Part shown: one piece after another, positions 37,698 to 46,027 of the stretch
Numbering within the stretch: position 1 is the stretch's first letter
Layout: each line of letters starts with the position of its first letter
NCBI GenBank assembly: GCA_030747075.1
Contig: JASLLL010000009.1
Location: 14,148 to 78,147 of the forward strand
Length of the DNA: 64,000 nucleotides
Origin: Gemmatimonadota bacterium
Lineage (GTDB): Bacteria; ARS69
Reading direction: 5' to 3'
Program-made: the position numbers and the translations under genes
Notes under the pieces: model-generated
Seen by the model: the letters and a program-made list of their open reading frames with translations, nothing else
What the model was told of the DNA's origin: nothing
Databases searched by the model: none

Positions 37698-39416
37698 TTA
37701 CCGAATGCGAAGGGGTTCCCACGCCCACCGGACCGTCTCGGGTGCGACGCTCCTCTGGAGGGCCTGCCCCGCCTCCTGAATGATGGACGCCTTCCCCAGT
37801 TCCAGGATCTCGCCCGAGAGAACCATGTCCGCCAACGACTTCCGCTTCGGGAAGTGCGTCAGCGCGGCTCCTTCCGCCGGGTCCGCTTCCGCGAGCTCCA
37901 GCGCCACTTCCACCGCGCGGTCGAATCCGCCCAGATCGTCCACCAGCCCCAGACCCAGCGCCTGACGCCCCGTCCAGACGCGCCCGCGGCCGATCTTGTC
38001 CACATCGTCAAAGGACATCCCGCGTGCCTTCGCAATCTCCTCCACCCAGCGGCGATAGGATTCCCAGTGCGTCTTCTTGACGATTTCCCACTCGCTGTCC
38101 GTGAAATCGTGGAGCCCGGAGTAGAGGAAGGCGTTCGGCCCGAAGGAAATGTGGTCGTGGCGGACTCCGAGCTTCTCCCAGAACCCGGAGGTGTTGAACT
38201 TCCCGGTAATCGACCCGATGGATCCCGTGATCCCCTTTGCGGGGCAGATGATCCGGTCCGCGTTCTGGCTCATCATGTACCCGGCCGACGCCGCGACATC
38301 GCCCACGGAGACGACGACGGGCTTCTCCGCTTTCGCGCGTGCCACCGCCCGGGCGATCTTCTCCCCGCCGATCGAAGCCCCGCCGCCCGTGTCCCAGCGG
38401 AGGATAATGGCGACGATGTCATCGTCCTCCGCCGCCTCCCGGAGATTGTCCACAATGCGATCCGGCCCGAGGGTCATCCCCAGGACCGGGTCGTAACCAT
38501 CCTCTCCGCCCGCAGCCACAAACCCCTGCGCGTGGATCACCGCCACGCCGTGTTCGCCCGCGATCCCCGCGTCCCGGGGCGGGATGTCGGCGTACTCGGC
38601 AGAGGAGACGGTCGGGAGTTCGTCCTCGCCGCCCAGCAGTGTCTCCAGCTCTTCGCGGTCCACGAGCGCATCCACGAGTCCTGCCGTCAGCGCATCCGAG
38701 GCCAGAAAGACGGACTCTTTCCGCATCTCATCCAGCGCACCCTCCGGGAGATCCAGGTCGCGCGTCATCTCTTCGTCCACCGCATCCGAGATCTCCTCCA
38801 CGAGCCACCGGAGGTTCTCGATGGCCTCGCTGGAGGACCGTTCCCGTGTCATCATCTCCGCGGCGCTCTTGTACTTTCCGATCTGGTGGATCTGATCGTT
38901 CACATCCAGCTTGCGGAGCGCACCCTTCACATGCAGGATCGATGCGCCCCGCCCGTGCAGGACGACTTCGCCCTTCGGGAAGAGGAATGTGGAGTCGCAC
39001 ACTCCCGAGACATAGAGACCGCCGCCGGTGAGCATCTCCGCGTGCGCGTGGACGGGCTTGCCGGTTTCACGGACACGAAGGATTCCGCTCCGGAGTTCAT
39101 CCAGCTTCCCGGGTCCGGCGGAGAAGGAACCGATCTCGAAGAGCACGCCGGCGATTCTCTCGTCCACGGCCGCCTTGTCGAGATTCTCCAGGATCTCCGT
39201 AAGGCACGGCGCCGCCTCTCCCGTCACCGATCTGAGCGTGGGGGGCGGATAGTATTCGGGCAGGTCACCGGACAGAGAGATGGTGAGCCAGGAGCCCTCC
39301 TCCAGCCCGCCGCCGAAATCCATGGACGAGACCGCAAGGAGCAGCAGAACCGGCAGAATCGCCAGGAATGCCGCAGCCAGAATCACGCCGAGAAAAGTCT
39401 GGGCAATGGTCTTCAT
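37698..39416 (-). CDS. sppA: Signal peptide peptidase SppA (protease IV, 67K type)
   Basis: N-terminal TM followed by duplicated ClpP/crotonase-like S49 domains with the Ser/Lys dyad region (..GDVAASAGYMMS..). Confidence 0.85.
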   Translation of the reverse strand: MKTIAQTFLGVILAAAFLAILPVLLLLAVSSMDFGGGLEEGSWLTISLSGDLPEYYPPPTLRSVTGEAAPCLTEILENLDKAAVDERIAGVLFEIGSFSAGPGKLDELRSGILRVRETGKPVHAHAEMLTGGGLYVSGVCDSTFLFPKGEVVLHGRGASILHVKGALRKLDVNDQIHQIGKYKSAAEMMTRERSSSEAIENLRWLVEEISDAVDEEMTRDLDLPEGALDEMRKESVFLASDALTAGLVDALVDREELETLLGGEDELPTVSSAEYADIPPRDAGIAGEHGVAVIHAQGFVAAGGEDGYDPVLGMTLGPDRIVDNLREAAEDDDIVAIILRWDTGGGASIGGEKIARAVARAKAEKPVVVSVGDVAASAGYMMSQNADRIICPAKGITGSIGSITGKFNTSGFWEKLGVRHDHISFGPNAFLYSGLHDFTDSEWEIVKKTHWESYRRWVEEIAKARGMSFDDVDKIGRGRVWTGRQALGLGLVDDLGGFDRAVEVALELAEADPAEGAALTHFPKRKSLADMVLSGEILELGKASIIQEAGQALQRSVAPETVRWAWEPLRIR

Positions 39417-39470
39417 GGAGTCCTCCTTTTGCCCGGGCGGGGCGATGGTTGTGTTCCGGCTGAGATCGCG

Positions 39471-40499
39471 TCAACCGGACGCGGGGACCTCGGCCGTCCG
39501 GAAGTGCAGGAGGTGGATCTCCACCCCGACTCCGTGGATCGTGAGTTCCAGATTGCGGGTTCCGAAAGAGGCGGACCCGGTGACCTCATATACGCGCCCG
39601 TCGTCCACCGGGATGCGTGCGATTTCATCCTCGGGGAGCAGATCGGCCCCGGCGTCCTGCGGGCCGGGGGGTGCCCCGTTCAGCGTGACATGGACGGAGG
39701 CGTGTTCCCTGGCGGCCGCCACGATGTGAACCCCCGCCGAGGAGTGCACCACCGCCAGTCCCGTCTCTTCAGAGGCAGTGGTGATCGACTCCGCGCCGAC
39801 ATCCCACGACCCGCGAAGGTAGGCGCGGCCTTCCTCCCGGAGTTCCGGCCAGTCTTCGAAGTGGTGCTGTCCGAGGGTCGATTCCTCCGGCCGGGTGGAT
39901 GCGCCGTCGTCCCCTGCGTCGGCCCGAAACCGGATCTCCGGTGTGGCGCGCCACCGCAGCACTCCGGGACGAATGAGCCCGGGGGGGAAAACGACCGCGG
40001 GCGGAAGGTCCGTCTCCCCGGCCTCCCGCAGCAGGGTCCGCACTCCGGCTTCCACCTCCGGGAGTCCGCCCGCGCCGTGGTGCCAGCCACGGATGGCGCC
40101 GCCCGAGTCCAGCAGGAAGCGCGCGGGGAGGTTCCGGTTCTCATAGGCGCGCCATGTGTCGAAGCTCCCGTCATGGGCGATCGGCCACGGGATTCCCCGT
40201 CGGAGGACCTCCAGCCGGGCGTCCTCCACGCTTCGCTCGAAGGGGTACGCGGGGATGTGGACCCCCACGACGGACAGCCCGACTCCGGCGTAGCCCTTGG
40301 CCAGACTCTCCAGCGCGGGGAGTTCAGCCATTCCTGCCGGGTCCCCGTAGGAAAAGAAGTCCAGCAGGACCACCTGGCCCCGCAGTGCCCCCAGATGGGC
40401 GGGTTCGTCGCTCAGCCACGCAGTCGGCGTGAGTTCCGGAGCGGAATAACGGCTTTCTCGAAAGAGTTCCAAGGGTCTTCCTCCTGAATGGACCCCCAT
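39471..40499 (-). CDS. Thioredoxin-fold (TlpA/redoxin-like) protein with extended C-terminal domain; catalytic CxxC replaced
   Basis: The redoxin-fold block ..GQVVLLDFFSYGDPAGMAELPAL.. carries SYGD where TlpA/DipZ-type proteins have WxxCxxC. Confidence 0.55.
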   Translation of the reverse strand: MGVHSGGRPLELFRESRYSAPELTPTAWLSDEPAHLGALRGQVVLLDFFSYGDPAGMAELPALESLAKGYAGVGLSVVGVHIPAYPFERSVEDARLEVLRRGIPWPIAHDGSFDTWRAYENRNLPARFLLDSGGAIRGWHHGAGGLPEVEAGVRTLLREAGETDLPPAVVFPPGLIRPGVLRWRATPEIRFRADAGDDGASTRPEESTLGQHHFEDWPELREEGRAYLRGSWDVGAESITTASEETGLAVVHSSAGVHIVAAAREHASVHVTLNGAPPGPQDAGADLLPEDEIARIPVDDGRVYEVTGSASFGTRNLELTIHGVGVEIHLLHFRTAEVPASG

Positions 40500-40620
40500 G
40501 CATGGACCCTGGCGCCTTCGGAGTCAAGAACAGGGAAGGATTGGTCGATGTTGACAGAGGACGGGGTCGCGATCCGGCCCCGGTCCCAGGGGAAGTTCAT
40601 GCCAGAGGGGGAGGGGTGTC

Positions 40621-41277
40621 ATGCATCGATTCGAGTCGTCCACGCGTCGTACCATTCACGGGCCCGGCGTGGCACGGTATCTCCTGGTCATTGCGGCTCT
40701 CGTGGCCGTCGTTCTGGCGCTGGTTCCCACGCTCCGTTCCTCTGCGGAGAAGTCACGGCTGTCCCGCGCGGGCGTGGATGCTCAGAATCTCGCGCATGCG
40801 CTGGCCGCCGTTCGCGAAGACACCGGACAGTGGCCTTTTACGATGGCCGGACACCCCTCCGAAGGCAGGCCCGTAGACCGCCTTGTGAGTTCCCCCGCCG
40901 TCCCGACGAGGGCCGGTGCCGCCGCCGGGGCAGGCGCGGCAAACTGGGGGTCCTTCGGAGCTTCCATGCAACTGGGAAGCGTGCTTCGCCCTGACGACCG
41001 TCTTCAGCGCACGCAGGAAGGCCGCTGGCTCGGCCCGTACACCGATTCGGTGGAGACCACCGATCCGTGGGGAAACGCGTATGTCGTGAATGTGCGTTAC
41101 CTGCCCGGCGGGGGTTACTCCGGCAAGACGCCGCATCGGGTGCTCGTCCTCAGCGCGGGGCCGGACGGCGTCTGGCAGACTTCCTATCGGGACGACACCA
41201 CCGAAGCGATTCTGGGTGACGACATCGGGTATGAGGTGCCGATGCCTCGTGAGTCCGGCGTCCTCATCCCGCGCTAG
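40621..41277 (+). CDS. Pseudopilin-like protein (GspG/type IV pilin fold) with non-canonical N-terminus
   Basis: Hydrophobic N-terminal helix plus a GspG-like C-terminal block (..TDPWGNAYVVNVRYLPGGGYSG..VLVLSAGPDGVWQTS). The canonical G|F-T-L-I-E prepilin cleavage motif is not seen. Confidence 0.5.
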   Translation: MHRFESSTRRTIHGPGVARYLLVIAALVAVVLALVPTLRSSAEKSRLSRAGVDAQNLAHALAAVREDTGQWPFTMAGHPSEGRPVDRLVSSPAVPTRAGAAAGAGAANWGSFGASMQLGSVLRPDDRLQRTQEGRWLGPYTDSVETTDPWGNAYVVNVRYLPGGGYSGKTPHRVLVLSAGPDGVWQTSYRDDTTEAILGDDIGYEVPMPRESGVLIPR

Positions 41278-42503
41278 CGTTCCCTCGCCCAGCGCAGCGC
41301 CTCCGGAAGTGACGGGCGCTTTCCGTACATCAGGATGCCCACGCGGAAAACACGCGCCGCCACAAAGAACATGCCCGCCGCCGCCGCCACCAACACTGTC
41401 CACGCGGCGGCGATCTCCGCAGCCGGAAGCGGCCGGATGGAGTGGCGGAAGAGGATCATGCCCGGGGTGAGCGGCGGGAAGAACGAAAGGACCCGGACCA
41501 GTATGTGCCCCGGATCTTCCGCGATGAACACGCCCAGCATCACCGGCAGCACAAGCATGAGCGAGATGGGGCTCAGGAAGGGCTGCGTTTCGCGTTCGCT
41601 GTTGCAGACCGACCCGATGGCCCCCAGCACTCCCGCGAAGAGGAAATACCCCGGAAGGAAAAACAGGACGAAGAGTCCTGCCGTGCCGGGGTCGAGAGGA
41701 AGCGTTCCCATGCGAAGCGAAAGGAGTCCCGCGCAGGCCGCCCAGGTTCCGATCATCGTCAGGCCGACCGCTCCGAGCCCGAGGATCTTCCCGAGCATGA
41801 GTTCCAGCGGACTCACGCTGGAGAGCAGTACTTCGATCACCCGGTTGGATTTCTCCTCGATGACGGAACGCATGAGGATCTGACTGGTGGGCAGCAGGGC
41901 GAACAGGAGCATCATGACCACGGCGACGGCCCGCAGATAGACGGCGGTGAAGTCGGCTTCGCGGCCCCCGGTGTTCCCGATGAGAAATGTGCGGGATCGG
42001 ACGGGTTCCAGCAGCGACTCGATCTCCGCGCGGGACATCCCGCGCCCCGCGGCCTTGTGCACGGCCAGCGCGCGCTGGAATCGCCGTTCCACCCGGTGCA
42101 GGACCTCCGGATCCGACAGCGTTGCGGCATGATGCTCCACGGTGCCGTCGGCCGCGAACTCCGGCGGCACGAAGATCCATCCCCGAATCTCCTCCCGGCG
42201 AACGCGCTCATCCAGTTCTTCGGCGTTCGCCTCGCCGGCAGTCTCCTCAAAGGCGAACGAGATGCGGGGCGTTTCGTCCGCGTCCGGCGCCTCTCTCGCA
42301 AGAAGCGGCGCGATCTCCCCCGTGCCGTCCACCACGAGAAACTTGTGCTCGGTGGGACCGGCCATTCGTGTTCCGAAAACCGGAAGGAAGATCAAGAGCA
42401 TCATGATGGCCGGCGTGGCCACCAGTCCGAAGAGAAACGACTTCTTCCGGACGCTCTCCAGATACTCGCGGCGGAAAACGAGGAGGATCTTCGCTCGGTT
42501 CAT
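41274..42503 (-). CDS. ABC-2 type transporter permease
   Basis: N-terminal TM helix, a large extracytoplasmic loop, then 5 TM helices (ABC-2/NatB-like). Its stop overlaps the ATPase gene. Confidence 0.75.
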   Translation of the reverse strand: MNRAKILLVFRREYLESVRKKSFLFGLVATPAIMMLLIFLPVFGTRMAGPTEHKFLVVDGTGEIAPLLAREAPDADETPRISFAFEETAGEANAEELDERVRREEIRGWIFVPPEFAADGTVEHHAATLSDPEVLHRVERRFQRALAVHKAAGRGMSRAEIESLLEPVRSRTFLIGNTGGREADFTAVYLRAVAVVMMLLFALLPTSQILMRSVIEEKSNRVIEVLLSSVSPLELMLGKILGLGAVGLTMIGTWAACAGLLSLRMGTLPLDPGTAGLFVLFFLPGYFLFAGVLGAIGSVCNSERETQPFLSPISLMLVLPVMLGVFIAEDPGHILVRVLSFFPPLTPGMILFRHSIRPLPAAEIAAAWTVLVAAAAGMFFVAARVFRVGILMYGKRPSLPEALRWARER

Positions 42504-43471
42504 CGGTCCGCCCTCCCCGCGGCCGGAAGGGGAGAGACCTCCGGTTCGTCCCTCTCCGGCGCGCGCTGTCCCGACACAAGCCGAACGAAGATCCGGTGGA
42601 GGCTCGGGCGCCGCATCTCAAACCGCGTCACCGCAAGGCGCGGCGCGATCTCCGCCAGAATGCCGGAGGCCGAAGCTCCCGGCGCGGGTTCGATCTCCAG
42701 AGCGCTGCCGGAAAGTGTAGCGGTCCGGACGGAATCCAGATCCGGCACGAACGAAGCGTCGCCCGTGAACTCCATGCGGATGGAGTCTGTGCCGTATCGC
42801 TGCTTCACTTCGGAGAGTTCCCCTTCGATCAGCATGGATCCGGAGTCGAGCAGGGAAAGGTGCGTGCACATTCTCTCGACTTCGTCCATCAGGTGGGTGG
42901 ACAGGAGAATCGTGACCCCGTCGCCCGCGAGCTCCGTGAGGATCTCGCGGAGAAGATCCTGATTCACCGGGTCCAGTCCGGAGAATGGCTCGTCGAGCGC
43001 GATCAGTTCCGGGTTGTGAATCACGGCGGAGATGAACTGCACCTTCTGCTGATTCCCGCGGGAGAGTTCCTGCAGGCGAAGCGAGGATGACGCGGCGATT
43101 CCCAGCCGTTCCAGCCAGCGTTGCCCGCTCTCCCGGGCGGCGGTCGCAGAGAGTCCCTTGAGACCTCCGAAGTAGACGAGGTTGTCGAGCACCCGCATGG
43201 ACCGGTACAGCCCTCTCTCTTCGGGGAGGTAGCCGGTTCGTGCCGTGAGCGATCCGCCCGGCGTCTGTCCGAGGACGCGGATCTCCCCTTCGTCGGGACG
43301 GAGGATTCCCATGAGCATGCGAATCGAGGTGGTCTTGCCCGCGCCGTTCGGGCCGAGGAGTCCGTAGATGGAGCCTTGCGGGACACTCAGCGAAAGGCCG
43401 TCCACGGCCGGGCGGTCGCCGAAGGTCTTGCGAACGCGGTCGAAGTGGACGGCGGGATCGGGCGCGAGCAC
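42500..43471 (-). CDS. ABC transporter ATP-binding protein
   Basis: Walker A GPNGAGKTT, signature LSRGNQQKV, Walker B ..LIALDEPFSGLD. Confidence 0.9.
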   Translation of the reverse strand: MLAPDPAVHFDRVRKTFGDRPAVDGLSLSVPQGSIYGLLGPNGAGKTTSIRMLMGILRPDEGEIRVLGQTPGGSLTARTGYLPEERGLYRSMRVLDNLVYFGGLKGLSATAARESGQRWLERLGIAASSSLRLQELSRGNQQKVQFISAVIHNPELIALDEPFSGLDPVNQDLLREILTELAGDGVTILLSTHLMDEVERMCTHLSLLDSGSMLIEGELSEVKQRYGTDSIRMEFTGDASFVPDLDSVRTATLSGSALEIEPAPGASASGILAEIAPRLAVTRFEMRRPSLHRIFVRLVSGQRAPERDEPEVSPLPAAGRADR

Positions 43472-43602
43472 GGCGACGCTCCTTGCATGAGTACGCGCAG
43501 GCTACCAGAGAAGGCGCGTGCCGGGCGTCTCTTTCTTGCGCGGGGCTTGCGTCGGTGCCAGCTTCCCCGCATTCTCTGCGGCGACCGTCGGGAGGGGATC
43601 GC

Positions 43603-44445
43603 ATGGCCGGGGTTCGGACGCTTCTGTCCTTCGTGAAGTTCGAGCACACGCTCTTTTCATTGCCGGTGATCGTGGCCGGTGCGGTGCTCGCGTCCGGCGG
43701 GGTGCCGGAAGGGGCCGTGCTTGCGTGGGTTCTGGTTGCCGGGACAGGAGCGAGGACGGTCGCGATGGCGCTCAACCGGCTCATCGACCGGGAGATTGAC
43801 GCACGGAATCCGCGTACTGCATCCCGTGAGATCCCGGCGGGCAGGATGTCCACGCTTGGCGGCTGGGGCGTGGCGATCGCCGGGTTGGTGCTGTACTTCG
43901 GGGCGCTGGCGTTTCTCCCGCCGCTGTGCCTTGCGCTGTCCCCCGTCCCGCTGATGGTGTTCGTGATCTATCCGCTCATGAAGCGATTCACTCCGCTCGC
44001 GCACTTCGGCGTGGGAGCCGGGCTTGCGCTGGGACCTCTCGGGGCGTGGGTCGCGGTCACGGGTACGCTGGTTCCCTGGGGGCCGGCGCATACGCTGGCG
44101 GTCTTCACGCTCCTGTGGGTGGCCGGATTCGATGTGATCTACGCCACGCTGGATGAAGATTTCGACCGCGCGGAGGGACTCCGCTCGCTGCCCGCGTCAT
44201 TGGGACGGACGCGCGCGCTTCGAGCGGCACGCGGGGTCCATGTCGCCGCGTTCGTCGCCCTTGCGCTGGTCGCGGCACCCGCGATGCCGGGCGCGGGGTC
44301 GTGGTTTCTGCTGGCCGCGGTCGGAGCGATGCTCGTGGCTGAACATGTCCTCGCGGCTCGCGTGGACCTCTCGTTTTTCCGGATCAATGCGGCGCTCGGG
44401 TTTGTCGTGCTGGCATTCGTCTGGAGCATCCTTCCCGCAGGCTGA
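43603..44445 (+). CDS. UbiA-family aromatic prenyltransferase (menaquinone/futalosine-pathway MqnP-like)
   Basis: UbiA motifs (..NRLIDREIDARNPRT.. and a second Asp-rich ..YATLDEDFD..) with 8-9 TM helices. It heads a cluster with UbiX, UbiD and Mqn genes. The start coordinate is approximate (+/-1). Confidence 0.75.
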   Translation: MAGVRTLLSFVKFEHTLFSLPVIVAGAVLASGGVPEGAVLAWVLVAGTGARTVAMALNRLIDREIDARNPRTASREIPAGRMSTLGGWGVAIAGLVLYFGALAFLPPLCLALSPVPLMVFVIYPLMKRFTPLAHFGVGAGLALGPLGAWVAVTGTLVPWGPAHTLAVFTLLWVAGFDVIYATLDEDFDRAEGLRSLPASLGRTRALRAARGVHVAAFVALALVAAPAMPGAGSWFLLAAVGAMLVAEHVLAARVDLSFFRINAALGFVVLAFVWSILPAG

Positions 44446-44467
44446 ATCCGTCGAGGGGAGAGGGATC

Positions 44468-44728
44468 ATGACGACACAACTCTGGCTGCTCGCGGGAGCG
44501 ATCCTCGTGGTCAATCTTCCCTTCGGATACTGGCGCGCCGCGTGCCGGAGGCGGAGTGCGGCCTGGTTTCTGGCGATCCACATTCCCGTTCTCCTTGTGA
44601 TCGGGATGCGCGCGCTCCTCGGCGTATCGCTCCACTACACGACCCTTCCCGTGACCGTGGGAGCGTTTGCCGCCGGGCAGTTTCTCGGCAGCCGTCTTCG
44701 CGGGCGCGGCTCCCCGCCTCAGCGGTAG
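44468..44728 (+). CDS. Small membrane protein (86 aa, 3 predicted TM)
   Basis: ATG at 44468 with GGGGAGAGGG upstream. Hydrophobic segments. Unknown function. Confidence 0.4.
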   Translation: MTTQLWLLAGAILVVNLPFGYWRAACRRRSAAWFLAIHIPVLLVIGMRALLGVSLHYTTLPVTVGAFAAGQFLGSRLRGRGSPPQR

Positions 44729-45426
44729 AGCGACTTGACCTGTCCCCAGGAACCCGGGGGGCAGCAGTCTTCCGGCGCGGAGACATCCGGCGACTCCAGC
44801 GCCCCGGTGTCGATCCACTCGCGAATCACATCGATCACCGGCTGACTCAAGGGCTGTGCGCCGCGAGGCATCCGCGAACCGACCATCCCCTGACAGAACT
44901 CCAGCTTGCAGATGAGGTAGCTGTTGTCCGCGGAGAACGGCTCGACCCGCAGCCACGAGGGAGCCTGCGAACTCCCGATGCCCACGAGCGAAGCCCAGGA
45001 GTTGCCGTCGCGAAGATCCAGTGAGGCCTGGGCCGCGCTTCCATGACAGAAGGAGGCGGCGCAACCCGGCGTGAAGACATTCGCCTGGATGGCGGGCAAC
45101 TCGGGAGGAAAGAACTCCCCGCGGGAAGGCGGGGCTTTGGCATGGGGTTCCGCCCCGGGTTGGGCGGCAGGACCGGCGGACGCGGCGACGGGCAGCAGAG
45201 CGACGAACGCGAGGATGGCGAGGATCACGAGGCGCACGCGTCTCTTCCCGGGTTGGGCGTTTCGGACTCTCCGGAGTCGATCTTCGGGAGCGGGGATAGC
45301 AGAGATACGGGACTTTACCCCCGGAGCGTAGCTTACTCCGTGGCCGGAAGCCAGCCGTTGGGGAGAGGCCCGGGAACGGGGCTTTCCGTCGCGTTGACGC
45401 ACTTCCGGGAGCAAGCTAGCCTGCAC
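44719..45426 (-). CDS. Secreted planctomycete-cytochrome-like (PSCyt-type) domain protein with C-terminal 'WGxVKxLYR' tail
   Basis: Signal peptide ..RLVILAILAFVALLPVAASA (true start probably an internal GTG near 45250). CAASFCHG..SWLRV..GSRMP..LSQPVIDVIREWIDTGA matches the PSCyt pattern from memory. Ends ..GSWGQVKSLYR-stop. Confidence 0.6.
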   Translation of the reverse strand: MQASLLPEVRQRDGKPRSRASPQRLASGHGVSYAPGVKSRISAIPAPEDRLRRVRNAQPGKRRVRLVILAILAFVALLPVAASAGPAAQPGAEPHAKAPPSRGEFFPPELPAIQANVFTPGCAASFCHGSAAQASLDLRDGNSWASLVGIGSSQAPSWLRVEPFSADNSYLICKLEFCQGMVGSRMPRGAQPLSQPVIDVIREWIDTGALESPDVSAPEDCCPPGSWGQVKSLYR

Positions 45427-45472
45427 GCTTCATCCGGCCGCCCTGCAGGCGTCCCCTTTCGGGAGAGAGACC

Positions 45473-46027
45473 TTGCGCACCGTCGTGGTTGTCACCGGAG
45501 CCTCCGGGTCCATCTTTGCGGTCGAGTTGCTGCGGCGGCTTCCCGGCGAGAAGTTCCTGATAACGACGAAGTGGGGGAAGGTCGTCCTGCGGGAGGAGAC
45601 GGGGCTTGCGGAGGCGGACCTTGGCGAACTGGCGGACGCGGTCTTCCCGGATGACGATCTTGCCTCGCCGCTGTCGTCCGGATCCAATCCGTTCGATGCG
45701 GTCGTCGTCCTGCCGGGGAGCGCGGGCTTCCTCGCGAAGGTGGCAAACGGAATGGGCGACACGCTGGGCACTCGCGTCTGTCACATCGCGCTCAAGGAAC
45801 GGCGGCGCCTCGTCTACTGCCTTCGCGAGAGTCCGCTGACGGCCATCGCGCTGGACAACGCCGCGCGACTTTCCCGGGAGGGCGCGGTACTGATGCCGGT
45901 GTCCCCGTTCTTCTACGGCAAGCCGGACTCGCTGGAGCGTCTTGTCGGCGACTTCGTGGATCGCGTCGTGCAGGTGGCCGCGGGCATTCCGCCCGCGGAC
46001 GGATGGCGTCGCGAGGATCTTTCGTGA
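45473..46027 (+). CDS. ubiX: Flavin prenyltransferase UbiX/Pad1
   Basis: ..VVVTGASGSIFAVELLRRL.. flavoprotein fold, 184 aa. TTG start. Confidence 0.8.
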   Translation: MRTVVVVTGASGSIFAVELLRRLPGEKFLITTKWGKVVLREETGLAEADLGELADAVFPDDDLASPLSSGSNPFDAVVVLPGSAGFLAKVANGMGDTLGTRVCHIALKERRRLVYCLRESPLTAIALDNAARLSREGAVLMPVSPFFYGKPDSLERLVGDFVDRVVQVAAGIPPADGWRREDLS

